From Fimbriosthenelais zetlandica (lineage: Eukaryota), in the NCBI GenBank assembly GCA_977030845.1, contig CDRPQX010000016.1, positions 496,142 to 560,000 of the forward strand: a DNA stretch of 63,859 nt, read 5' to 3'. A model generated the notes under the pieces. It searched no databases and was not told where the DNA came from. It worked only from the letters and a program-made list of their open reading frames with translations. Every line of letters starts with the position of its first letter. Position 1 is the stretch's first letter. Made by a program: the position numbers and the translations under genes. Shown piece by piece: positions 37,870 to 50,322 of this stretch.

Positions 37870-40761
37870 TATGGCTGATGTGGTATTCAGATGGTTACTG
37901 GTCACTGGTTATATCCGTGACAGCCAGGTAGTCAGGCTGGTTGGTTGTATTCAGCGTTGAGGTCTCATTATTCAGGAGTCGGCCATCTTGGATCTGGCCT
38001 AGTACAGTAGTCACCTTGACAAGGACCCTGTGATTGCTTCTCCAGAATTCTTCAAGACATTGTAAATATGTGTGAAACGGGTCCAGGTGAAGCAGGTCCT
38101 TTAGTGTACTGGCCAGTGGACTTTTAACACTTATAACACTGTCATATCACGAGGATATTCAGAGTGATTGCTTATGTAAAACATTTGTTTGAGAGAGACA
38201 GGGTTTTTGTACTGCTGTCATGGCTATCTTTACCCTTTGGACTGCGGTTAGGTTTACAATCCCTGGCCACGCATCTATAGGTACCATATTATATATTAAT
38301 CATTAATCATTCACTATGTTCACTCTAGGTTCGTTACCTGTAATCAAAGCTTTGTCACGTCAAACCCTCAGACGCCCACCTCTACCCCCACCCACCCCCA
38401 ACCCCCCAACCCTCATCCCACAACGACCATCCCTAGCCTCCACCCACCCCAACCCACCCCCAACCCCTCGACCCACATCTACCATCTCTAGGCTCCAGGC
38501 CCCCATCCACCCACGACCACCTCATTTCTAGGACTAATGTACAGCTTTTGTGAATGTTTCACCTCAACTGATGATTTAATAGACACCTCCATTCATTCAC
38601 TGATTCAATCATTTTATCTATATTACCTTTCTACAGGTGAGAGACGCGCGGGCAGGTGAGAGAGGTGGAGGTGTGTCTATTGTCCTCCTCTACATCTCTA
38701 CATGACTTATTCACCGCTATATGTGCCACCATTGTCACGCTATTGTCACGCTATTGTCACGCTATTGTCTCCCTTCTATAAGAAACTCATCCTGTAACAA
38801 TTCCGGCCTGTAGATGTTTCTTTATAGAGATATTTCCACTTTTCCCCACGATTTAGGCTTTTGTTTACAAAAGCAACGGCAACTTCCGGTTGTGCTTACC
38901 AATGAAGCGTCGCTAGGAATGTTCAGACGGTGTTTGTAGATCTAGGAAAGCATTTTAATCAGCCAAAACTTAAATCCGTAGGCAGATTTTCATAAAGAAT
39001 CTATCGCATCTAAAAGAACAGAGCCACGCTGGCTGTAAACCTGGAAACAGCCGGCGAATAAAAGCCTTTATTGATTTGGGCGATAATAGAGGAATTAAAG
39101 GCCACTGTACGACTACCCCACCACCGGCAAAACTGAGAACTAAGCATGTTAGCGTAGTTCACGAAAATTCCGCAGTGAGGCGCCACTGAAACTCGTAGTT
39201 CAAGAGAAATCCGCGGTGAGGCGCCACTGAAAGGGTCGTAGTTCACGAAAAGTCCGCAGTGAGGCGCTACGAGCGCTGACCAATCACAGACTAGCTTAGA
39301 AATAACGACGGAAGTTGAGGCGCTCCCCTTGTCCACCAATGAGAACCCGGCTTTCATTATATTTACCTTCCCCGGAACGGAAGTAAACAAAAAACATGGC
39401 GGAGATAGATTGTCAGTTAGTTTTTCCTCAGATTTCCACGGTTTATGCTTCTCCACGCCGATGTGCAACTATTATGTCAATAAATACTCACTCAGTTAAG
39501 TATTTTGAAGAAGTATAATGCTAGAAAAGGCGGTGTCATTTGTGTTTTCTAGGTATTTATTAGTAAATTGTGTCTTAAGATCCACCGGCATTTTCAGTTC
39601 ACCTCCCGGCATTGTTTGCCTGTCTTTCACACCGTTCTTTAGGCCTACACCGTAGATTCCAGACTGATTGGACTATATCAATGAATTTGTTTTAGTGTGA
39701 GTATTGTTTGGTGACAGGGAATCATGCTGACATCTGTTATTTACTGAATAATTTGACAATCTCTCCCGGTCCCCCGCTGGGCGATAATGGGTGCACTTCC
39801 CATAGGGTATAAGGCATTACAGAGACTTATACACCTATACGGCTTATATAATATTATACAGAGAATCTTATCAGCACCAAATCATCTCAAGATAAGATTC
39901 CAATCTGTTCTATTTCCCAGAATTGTTTTACTAATACCTAATTTTAACAAAAGGAAAATAAATTATTACGACAAAAAATCCAAGAAATTAAACAAAAATA
40001 TCTGTAATACCACCGCCCCGCGCCAAAAAATTAAATAAATAGATAAATAATTTTTATTATTATTATTTATTTATCTCCTAAAAAGACTGATATTAGATAA
40101 AATTAGAAATGATTATTATAATTATTAGAAATCGATATTATAATGATATTAAATTATATTGAATAATCTCTCTCTCGCTCAAACACTCTCTCTCACTCTA
40201 TCTATCTCTCTTACTCATCACTTCTCTCCCTCTCTTATTAAACTCTCTGATCTCTACAGCCAGTTATAAATGACTTTTCTAGTGAAGTGACAATGGCTTA
40301 AAGCAGATCAATAACACCGTGTGTGAAGCATTGTACAGAAGCTCAACTATTGTAAGTTTTATTACAAAGAGTCACTAAACACACTAAGCAATGTGTAGAG
40401 AAATCTAACTTAAAGTAAACTTATACAGAACGTAAAGTAAAGTGTTAAAGTTCACCTGGTGACAGTTAATGTAACTACTCCACCCTGTGAGACGCTGTGA
40501 TACCTGAGGACGTATTGTTACCATGACAACCAGCACTTTACCCTGACTGACAGCTGACTCAACTAATTAAACTTTCTACAGTAGAAACTGCTTCACAAAG
40601 GTGTTAATATCTCCACAATGAATGAATGAAAGAAAGAATGAATGAATGAATGGTTTAAAATCATCAAAGTCATCAGATTGTTTCTACCTCTGACTGGGGG
40701 TATATATACGGTCCTACATGACTTGTTTGTGGCTTTCTCAGCTGATCTGATCCACCGTGAG

Positions 40762-43700
40762 ATGGCTGTAGAGAGATTCATGTGGAGTTTGGTTCTATGT
40801 TTGTCTCACCTGCCTCACCTGGTAGGAGGACAGGAGGTGACTTACCTGAGTCAGGTACCTGATGAAGTCATGCTACATGAAGGTGACATCTACCTGGGTC
40901 ATCTCTCCTGGAACTTTGACTTCAGTCCGTCACGTCTGTGTGACGAGGATACGGTCACGTCACTGCTAGCTCAGCTGAACGTAGCTGCCGTATACGGCTT
41001 ACACCTCGTTAACAAGGACCCGCGTCTCCTCCCTAACATCACGCTGGGTATGGTGACGCTAGATACGTGCGGGAAAGGTATGACGAGTCTGGGCCAGGCG
41101 CTCAAGTTCCTACCTGGAGGTAGCGTTCCTTTACCTGGAGATTCAGCTAACGTTCCTTTACCTGGAGATTCAGCCAGCGTTCCTTTACCTGGAGAATCAG
41201 CCAGCGTTCCTTTACCTGGAGATTCAGCCAGCGTTCCTTTACCTGGAGAATCAGCCAGCGTTCCTTTACCTGGAGATTCAGCCAGCGTTCCTTTACCTGG
41301 AGAATCAGCCAGTGTTCCTTTACCTGGAGATTCAGCCAGCGTTCCTTTACCTGGAGAATCAGCCAGCGTTCCTTTACCTGGAGATTCAGCCAGCGTTCCT
41401 TTACCTGGAGAATCAGCCAGCGTTCCTTTACCTGGAGACGCAGCTACTGTACCTGAGATGACCAGCCCACCTGGCCGTGACGTATCGACGCCGCGTTATG
41501 ACGTAGTAGGCGTTATAGGACCGTACCGTAGCTCAGTAAGTGTGGACGTAGCCCCGTTCCTCCACCTCCTCGACCTCCCCATGCTCAGCCCCCTCGCCTC
41601 ATCTGACGACCTCAGTGATCGTGGTCGTTATGGTAACTTCTTCCGTCTCATCGCTCCTGACAGCTTCCAGACGCGCGCCATGGTTGACGTGATGACGTAC
41701 TTTAACTGGACGTATATATCGGTGGTGTATGAGGAGTCTAATTACGGCTTTAACGGCCTCATACATCTCAGACGTTACACGGGGGAAGCGGGAGTGTGTA
41801 TCGCCGGCGCTCACCCGCTCAGCGCCGACCTCAGTGAGAGCAATTATGATCTGATTATATCTAAACTGGTGAGGGACAGGAAGGCGCGGGTCGTGGTTAA
41901 CTTTACTACGTTCTACCACACCACACGGCTCTTAACGGCCGCACGTAGACAGAACGTAGACGGTATGTTTATATTTATTATATCAGACGGTACGCCCGAG
42001 TCGAGCCTCGTACCGTTCGGTGACATTATGGTCGGTGGATTCCACGTCTCCTTCTACTCCGACACGCCGGATGATTATAAACGACACGTAGAGAACGTCT
42101 CACCTCTTACGTCACCCGAGGATCCCTGGTTACGTCAACTGTGGCGTGATACGTTTAACTGTGAGATGTCTGACGTAGTGGATAACGTTAACAACTGTAG
42201 CCGTAAAGTGATGCGTGACATCCCGGGCTATAGCTACTTCAGCAGTGCGTCTACGGCCACGCAAGCCGCACGAGTCTACGCTACGGCTATTGACATGATC
42301 ATCAGAGATGTCTGCCCACAGGCGTACAGTGATAAACGCCTACTGAAGGCGTGTGTGCGGCCATCGCTGGTCATTGATTATCTCTACAAGGTGGAGTTAC
42401 AGACTAACGATGGTCCCGTCAGGTTTGATGAGTACGGTGCCTTAATCCAGGGATACCTCATCAAACAGGTGGTGTTTGACAGTGTGAAGGGAACCACGTC
42501 TTTTAGCAGTGTAGGGAAGTGGACTCAGGGCGGGTTAGAAATGGAGGTGGAGAGTCTACGGTGGGAACCGGTGGGGAGTGACCAGGTGGGAGACATACCT
42601 GGACAGGTGGGTGACATACCTGGACAGGTGGGAGACATACCTGGACAGATGGGTGAAATACCTGGACAGGTGGGTGAAATACCTGGACAGGTGGGTGACA
42701 TACCTGGACAGGTGGGTGACATACCTGGACAGGTGGGAGACATGCCTGGACAGGTGGCAGACATACCTGGACAGGTGGCAGACACACCTGTTCAGGTAAC
42801 ACCTGAGTCTGTGTGTGCTAAGCCGTGCTCACCTGGTGAGTTCCTCATACAGGGTGAGTTACAGTGCTGCTGGGACTGTTACAGGTGTCGGGATAACGAG
42901 TATATCATTAATAACGGGACAGGTTGCTCACCTTGTGAGTACCTCACCTGGCCGGACCCTCTCACCTACCTCACCTGTCATCTCATCCCCCCGTCCTACC
43001 TGTGGTGGGATGATACGTACGGTATCGGTCTAGCGGCCATGGCGGGGCTGGGCCTGGTAACCACGGTAACAGTGGGTGTTACCATGGTGAAGTATCGAGG
43101 TAAGAAGGTAATTAAAGGATCCAGTGTTAACATGATGGGGGTGATCATCCTGGGTCTGGGTCTCGTCTTCTCCACCGTGCTCATCTTCATCGCCCGGCCT
43201 GACTACTATCTGTGTCTGGCCTCCAGGGTTGGGTTTAACCTCTCCTGTACTCTCATCTTCTCCCCGCTCCTCGTTAAGACTAACAGACTCTATCAGGTGT
43301 TCCGAGCCTCCGCTAAGTTCCGCCCCGTGGGACGGAGCGCGCGGAGCGGCGTGTCTGCCGCGCTCGTCGCGCTCCTCATTATACTGGAGGTGAGTATAGA
43401 TGGAATATATGATATAAGTTAATCTAACTTTCTGTTAAGCCTGGCCCACATGTAGGCAATTCTCCAAGCGATATTTCTAGTCACAACAAATGCTTGTAAT
43501 TTTCTCAGTGGTTAGCCTTAGCTAGGGGTAAAATACTGTTGAAATTACAAGCGTTTGATGTGACTAGAAATATAATTTCACGCAGCTATTGCTTGGCGAA
43601 TCACAATTATTGTCACCTTCTACATGTTTTATTACAGGTATCTATAATAGCAGCCTGTCTGTTCGTCTGGCCGTCTGATGCTCGTCTCTCCATGCCTGTA

Positions 43701-44105
43701 CTAACCTCGCGTTATGTGGAACTCTCGTGTGATCAGGACATGCTTGGTCTCCTCATCCCTCTCTCCTACAATCTCCTCCTCCTTCTCTCCTGCTGTATCT
43801 TCGCCTTCCTCACACGCCGCCTACCGGATAACTTTAATGAGTCCTGGTACATCCTGCTCAGCGTCTCCGCCACCTTGTTCGTCTGGGTAGCGTTCCTCCC
43901 GACCTACTTCTCCGCGTTCTACGCGTCGCATCGCGTCGCGCTCCTCGGCCTCGCGCTCATCCTGAATGGACTCATTACGCTCGTCTGCTTCTTCGCCACT
44001 AAGTTCTACGCTCTGGCTTACGTCGATGAGAAGGACATCAAAGTCACTGACTTTGATACTACTACCTTTGAAACTCCATCTACAAAAACAGAGAAAGACA
44101 CATAG
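40762..44105 (+). CDS. Class C GPCR, metabotropic glutamate receptor-like (about 1031 aa, 2 exons)
   Basis: Exons 40762-43389 and 43638-44105, phase 0. Signal peptide; Venus flytrap (LLPNITLG..TLDTC, VVGVIGP..SSVS, NFFRLIAPD, NWTYIS, SNYG, ISDG); Cys-rich domain (SVCAKPC..CCWDC..C...WPD); 7TM with LLVKTNRLYQVF and LPDNFNES. Confidence 0.93.
41125..41448 (+). repeat. In-frame 27-bp repeat x12, VPLPG(D/E)SAS, alternating D/E (54-bp higher-order unit)
   Basis: Counted in the translation of ORF 40642..43422. Confidence 0.95.
42583..42792 (+). repeat. In-frame 21-bp repeat x10, QVGDIPG
   Basis: Between flytrap and Cys-rich domains. Confidence 0.95.
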
Positions 44106-44470
44106 AGGTCTGTGTTTACTGGGAATGAATTACTGGACAGTTGATGACTTCCCAGATTCTATGACTTCTTTTTATTTATTTTCTTGTGCCGGACGGCTCG
44201 AAAGACTCGATGTTTCTCATCATGAGAGTGGGAGACATGGCTGCCCTTGACTTGGATGACTCAGCATTAGTTTGGGATTGTTCAGGAGGATGGGAAGGAA
44301 GATCAGGTCGACTGATTGTATGACTTTCCATCTTCTGTCAATATAACATGATTGACACCTGACCTGTTTGTATCCAGCGTTCCCATGATCATGATCCATG
44401 ATTGAGAACAGGACTTTGATACAGAAAAGACTTTGATAAACTGATCTGAGAAGATCTGAGGTGTCATGGC

Positions 44471-44582
44471 CTGCCACCTGGTAGCGCGTGTTAGCATCTG
44501 GTGGCTGGTGCTGCCACCTAGTGTCTAGCGGCCGCTACTGAACACCGCCAGTGTAGTTCCCCTCAGACCTGACAGAGGGCGC
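44471..44582. promoter_or_regulatory. Three CTCF-consensus-like motifs
   Basis: 44471-44484(-) CTACCAGGTGGCAG, 44511-44524(-) ACACTAGGTGGCAG, 44569-44582(+) CTGACAGAGGGCGC versus consensus CCASYAGRKGGCRS; motif match only. Confidence 0.35.
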
Positions 44583-45626
44583 CACCGTGCTGTAAAGCTC
44601 GCGTGGCCCTATGATTAACATCAGTGATTAATGTAATTAAATGAGGAATGTAAATTATTAACATGAATAAAAATAACCCAAACACTGAGATGAGATGAGA
44701 TGAGATGATGATAGGTTAACAGTTGTCTGTATGAGTCACCAGGATTATACAAACAATCACTGTACACCCAGCTGTGGGCAGTATAGACGTGCCACAGTCT
44801 CTCATTTTATGTTTACCTGAATTAATCAATAAATAAAATCAACTAATGTTAGAGTAGCTTCCAATCTCTTGGGGATGAGTGAAGGAATATAAAGTAAGGA
44901 AATAACCAAGACTAGCCCTCGTCGCTGTGATATAACCCTCGTGACAGTGACGAGTGCTCGTCTAGCCATAGTCTATATACATTATAATCTACATTCCTTG
45001 GTTAGAAACTTTGTATAAGTGTTTGTGGACCTCGCCCTGGCCGTGGAGGGTCGCTATAGAGAGATCACTATACAGTAGAAGGTGATGAATATTCCAGGTC
45101 ATCACTGGGGGCATGGTGACCTCTGACTGACCCTAGGTGACCTTTGACCTCGTTAATGCCTTATATGGTCATGTAGGCTGCTGGTACTGCTAAAATAGAT
45201 ACAAAACGATCCTCAATAGAAACATAGGCCAAGAAACGTAGAAAGTAGATACAAAATGATCTCTATAGAAACATACAGGCCAAGAAAGATCAGTTTCTAC
45301 TAACACGAGCTTAGAACTGTATAAATTTGTATTTTTTATGATGACTTTAACATGCAATTTACGGTTGAACTTTAGACTTTTAATTACATTAATTCGTACA
45401 TAAAGCATATAATGCAGTCTGTTGGCGTGTGATGGGGTGGGGGTTAAAGCATTTGCTTTATAATGGCAGGCTGGGGGATTTCGAAACCATAAAACATTAC
45501 TTATATCTTTTAATGATCATAAATTTAATAAGAATCAAAATACCCAACAAGGCTTGAACAAATCTACTAGATAATAGATTAACAGTGGGGATTGGAGCAT
45601 GACTAGTGGCCGACATACGACATGTG

Positions 45627-45634
45627 TATAAATA
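45627..45634 (+). promoter_or_regulatory. TATA box upstream of EF-hand variable exon A
   Basis: TATAAATA about 120 nt upstream of ATG 45754. Confidence 0.5.
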
Positions 45635-45753
45635 CAGACAGGTCGGATTTACACGTCTCACTCTCTCTGTGTTACCAGACGTGACAGACGTTACGTGACA
45701 GACGTACAGACGTTACGACCAGACGTTAGACGTGAAGTGTTAGAGATCTGAAG

Positions 45754-45879
45754 ATGCCGACCGTAGAGGAATACACAGACTGGTTCATGGCCGCTGATGC
45801 GGACGGCAGCGGCATGGTCAGTATCGGTGAACTGAAGGGACATATCAAGGAGAAGGGCTACTGTTTGGAACAGGCAGAC
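45754..45879 (+). CDS. EF-hand locus variable first exon A (MPTVEEYTDWFMAADADGSGMVSIGELKGHIKEKGYCLEQAD)
   Basis: 42 codons, canonical loop DADGSGMVSIGE, phase-0 donor gtaaga; absent from ORF track because under 60 aa. Confidence 0.85.
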
Positions 45880-48351
45880 GTAAGATTACATTACTGTATT
45901 ATACCTTAACATACCTTACAGGTGTGGAAATACCTGTAATTAATACCTTACAGGTGCTAAATACCTGTAATTAATACCTTACAGGTGCAGACATATATAC
46001 CTCTAGGGCTAATTATTACAATACCTGTGTAAATATATAGAATTCATACCACACAGATGAAAAGGTTCCATACTATCCACTTACATAGATAATTCACGAG
46101 TGCAAATTAGCAGTAATTCATGCTAATATATCTGTACTCTCACTGGTACAAAAATACCTTACAGTTGTTAGAAAATTCCATCTTCCAATTACAGTTTTTC
46201 TTGTGGTTATAATGCATACCCGCGCTCACCCCATCACAACCCCCAAGATGCCGTGAATATATATTATCTGTTTCATTTAAACAAGGGGGGGTTTAACATG
46301 ATAATTATGGGTGGGTGACTAACCCTAATACCTACCCCAGCCCCCAACCCCCAACCCCCACCACCCAACCAGCCCCCAGCCCCCCCCCCCCCCCGCAGCC
46401 ATGCCCCATTACAGGTAATGACTTAATGGTGTAGTCTGTCATTATACCGCCATATTAGGGTATAATGAGATAAGCACCCTCTACCGTTCAGGTATGTAAC
46501 TAGGTCATGATTTACATGTATAGATCCTTTATTATATATATAATGTATACATTAATGTATACATTAATCTGACTAATATCCTGACTCATACACCAACCAT
46601 TTTACCTGGCTTTTTGATCCACCGTTCATCTATTTTTGATTTATATAGTTTTTTTTCAATTTATTTTCTTTATTCACGGGGTGAGTTCAGCCAAACAGTT
46701 GTTGGTATTAAAATACTCCGCCTGCAACGCAAGCAAAGTTTGAAGCTAGAGTACAAGGAAATAAATCCAAATCCATGGTTTGGAATAGTCTACGGCAGGC
46801 CATCTGCTTTTCCCTCGGGTGGAAGACTATGCCCCTTCTCTTACTTGGGTATTGTTAAGCCCCAACCTTGTGGAAAACGGACGACCGTATTTAAAACCTC
46901 TGGGTTTATGTCCTCAATAACAGCCAAGCCTGGATTGACCTGCCCTGACCTCACCCACTGTTTCCACTGAATGATTCTCATGTACAAAGTAACCGTAATC
47001 ACCCAGTAATTATACAATCATTAGGGAGAGCACTGTGTGCATGACATACCTAGCATAGCGGGGGAGGTAGTCTGGGTCCGTGTGTGGGGGGGGGGGGTGG
47101 TGGGGGGCGGGGATGAGGTAGTCTGATCTGTGAATCACTGTTTCTGGTTGTAAAGCTTTCAGATAATGTCTGCGGAAGTTGATAATCAACCGTTTATATC
47201 ATGATCATGAGGCAGAACTCCGTGTGGTATAATTGAAATATTTCACTCTACCGAGTACCATATACCATAACGGAGGACACACAGTCAGACAACGTCCTCA
47301 CAGACTCAAAGTCTCATAAAATATTAAAATAAAACAAAATGACATGGTGATAAAACCAGAAACGATTAATTAACATGAGGGCAGCACAAGGCCTCTAAAC
47401 ATGTCACAAAACATAGAGAGACAAACTGTCCAAATGTCAAAACTGACAAACACGTCTCAACTTCAGAACGGTGGCTATTTACAGCTTGTATTATAGTGGG
47501 CATTGTACACCAAGCTTCACTCTATGGCTGTATACAATGACCCTGTATTTGGCATTTTAATCTGGTTGTACATAGCTCTGTATTTGTCATTTTAATCTGG
47601 ATCCACAATGCCTTGTGATAAACCTTGTTTTGTCATGGTTTACTTTTAGCTCAGACTGACAGTAAATAGACTAGTTAACAGTGATGTGTATCACTTATAA
47701 TAGTCAGGGTCATGACTGTCTACATGAGATACCTACCATGGTGGGCCCTCTGACGGGAGGCGAGGTCGATCCCGGGGTCAGCGCCCTCCACCATAGAAAT
47801 CATTCTCTGTCACTCCAATGTTTAAACCCAGATTCTAAGCCAGAATGTGCTTAAAAATACAGCTGTTTTGGCAGAGAATTTATTTATTTATTTCATCCAT
47901 TACCACAGAAAATGACTGAGTGTGTATTGCGCATGGAGTATCCGCACGGTGGGGAGAGTGATGGGTGCGGTATTGCGCATGGAGTATCCGCACGGTGGGG
48001 AGAGTGATGGGTGCGGTATTGCGCATGGAGTATCCGCACGGTGGGGGAGAGTGATGGGTGCGGTATTTATACATGAGAATCACGAGGTTGATTCTCTATG
48101 AGAGATCACCCGGGAGGGACATACATAAACATACGTCACTGGAAATGACGAGGTAAAAAAACAACTCACAGCAATAAGGTCAGAGTTCCGGGAGTGGGGG
48201 CAGCCACAAAACATAGAGCTCCCGGGGGGTGGGGGGAGGTGAGGAGTGGAATTTAACATAATATAAATAGGCCAGAAGTAAAGGCATGTATATGCAGTAA
48301 GCTCTGAAATATATATGGTCTGCTCTCCTTGCATTCATTTACCCCACTTAA

Positions 48352-48432
48352 AGCGATACTATCACTTATCAGTACTGTGCCTGTTATTACTCAGTGATAG
48401 AGCAGCTTTAAGCGATCAGTGATAGAGCCGCT
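48352..48432. mobile_element. Minimal MITE remnant, same family as 49587-49804
   Basis: TTAA-AGCGATACTATCACT ... AGTGATAGAGCAGCT-TTAA plus a duplicated right end AGTGATAGAGCCGCT-TTAA. Confidence 0.65.
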
Positions 48433-48761
48433 TTAATTAGTCTTCAATATTCAGTGGAGTCAGACAGGGATATAGAAACAATTTGGATGTGTTTTGGCCT
48501 AATGAAAGCAGCCTGATATAAAATACCCAGGTACCTCTGACTAGCCCCGCCCTCCCCCACTCATCCCCCCCCCACCCTCCCCCCCCCCCCCCACCCGCCC
48601 CGCTCTCACCTCAGGTAAACAGACACAGGTGTGGTTTTATAGCAATATACGCCTATAATATTGATATAAACCCAGCCTACTCTCGTATCTCTTCACCGTT
48701 AAGTTTGTTAATGTTTATTTAAGCCTTAAATAAGCCGGGCCTTCTGGTGGGAACAGATGCC

Positions 48762-48894
48762 NNNNNNNNNNNNNNNNNNNNNNNNNNNNNNNNNNNNNNN
48801 NNNNNNNNNNNNNNNNNNNNNNNNNNNNNNNNNNNNNNNNNNNNNNNNNNNNNNNNNNNNNNNNNNNNNNNNNNNNNNNNNNNNNNNNNNNNNN
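48762..48894. other. Assembly gap (133 N)
   Basis: Run of n. Confidence 1.
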
Positions 48895-49586
48895 CCCTCA
48901 GGTGTGACCAACTGTGTCTTCCTGTGTCACGCTCCCCCGGGCACGTTGCGGGGAGGGGGGATGGCATGGTGGGAGGGGGGGAGGAATTACTTTCATCTCC
49001 TTATTTTCCCACCAGCGTAACTCGCCTCAGAATATGTCCTATACATTCTACATGTAACTATGAATGGGCCCGCGGGGTTCCTATAGAAGTATGCAGGGAC
49101 CATTCCACGATAGGTGTCTGCTATTCCTCATGATTCTAAGATACGTGGCTTATATGTTTGGTGTTCCTGGAACTTTCTGACGTCATTTGGTGCCTCGGTG
49201 GGCTGGGGGAGGACCGGGAACGGAAGTGGGGAGGGCGATGCCCCTTACATCGACCTAGGGAGGTAGGAGGGAGGGCTGTCCTCCCTCCATCGACCCAGGG
49301 AGGGCTGTCCTCCCTGCATTGACCTGAGGGAGGTAGTATAGGGAGGGCGATACCGTCGACATCGACCAAGGAGTGGTGTTTGGCTGGGTGATTGTGAGTG
49401 GTGTTTGGTTGGGTGTTTGTGGGTATAATAGTGGGGAGGGCGGCCCCCATACATCGACCCAGTCTCTATTGTTCTCTATAATGGGCTCCACGCTCCGTGA
49501 TGTGAGACATTCCTCCTGTCATGAGACTTTGTTTTCATACCTACTTCTCCCCCGCCTTCCTCTCACTGCACCATCCCAGATCTTAA

Positions 49587-49804
49587 AGCGGCTCTATCAC
49601 TGATCAGTTTACCTCTCTACTCATGATCTATATCAGTTGTTCACGGGTTCTAGGCTGTGCATTGGTTGAACAAATCTAGGAATTCAGCTTCAGCTCTTAC
49701 AGGGTTTACATGCTGTTAAACTGTAAGTTCTGCTAAAACATGCAGTGGAGAATGGATTAACTAAATGTCGGACTCTCTGTCCAAGGATGAGTGATAGAGC
49801 CGCT
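49587..49804. mobile_element. 218-bp MITE with 15-bp TIRs and TTAA target-site duplication (Kolobok-like termini)
   Basis: TTAA|AGCGGCTCTATCACT ... AGTGATAGAGCCGCT|TTAA; TTAA TSD with 5'-purine-purine ends fits Kolobok better than piggyBac. Confidence 0.75.
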
Positions 49805-50104
49805 TTAAGACACTCCTTGCTAAATAATGTTTGTAGGAGAACAAGATCCGTGACTGAGGGAATAAAGGATAGGGGATAGGGGAGTGGATGAGAGATGGGA
49901 GGAGGGAAATAGGAAAGGACTTGGACTTAGGTTGGGTGAATGGGCAGAAAATGTCTGAGAGAGACAAAGTGTCCCAGAGAGAATAATAGAGACTCTGAGG
50001 GCCTATAGAGGGCGTGATAGGACGCGGTCACACAAGGTCACGTGACAGTGTTTGTCACACTGTGAGGAATGTGGGCGTTCAAGGTCATCTCAAGACGTCA
50101 AGGT

Positions 50105-50322
50105 CCCTCCCCTAGACTGGCCACCCTGCCCTAGACTGGCCACCCTCCCCTAGACTGGCCACCCTCCCCTAGACTGGCCACCCTCCCCTAGACTGGCTAC
50201 CCTCCCCTAGGCTGGCCACCCTCCCCTAGACTGGCCACCCTCCCCTAGACTGGCCACCCTCCCCTAGACTGGCCACCCTCCCCTAGACTGGCCACCCTCC
50301 CCTAGACTGGCCACCCTCCCCC
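50105..50322. repeat. 19-bp minisatellite (accctcccctagactggcc), about 11 units
   Basis: Direct reading. Confidence 0.93.

Noticed and set aside
39010-39468. 152-aa minus-strand ORF
   Set aside because: Lies in repeat-like sequence with a triplicated motif; no protein family signal.
40642-40761. ORF-track N-terminal extension of the class C GPCR
   Set aside because: ATG 40762 gives a typical signal peptide; the extra 40 aa start in a (gaat)n repeat.
41599-43190. Antisense and alternate-frame ORFs over the class C GPCR
   Set aside because: Shadows of the real CDS and its repeats.
46614-46970. 118-aa ORF downstream of exon A
   Set aside because: No EF-hand or other recognisable motif, TTG start; not a constant-exon copy.
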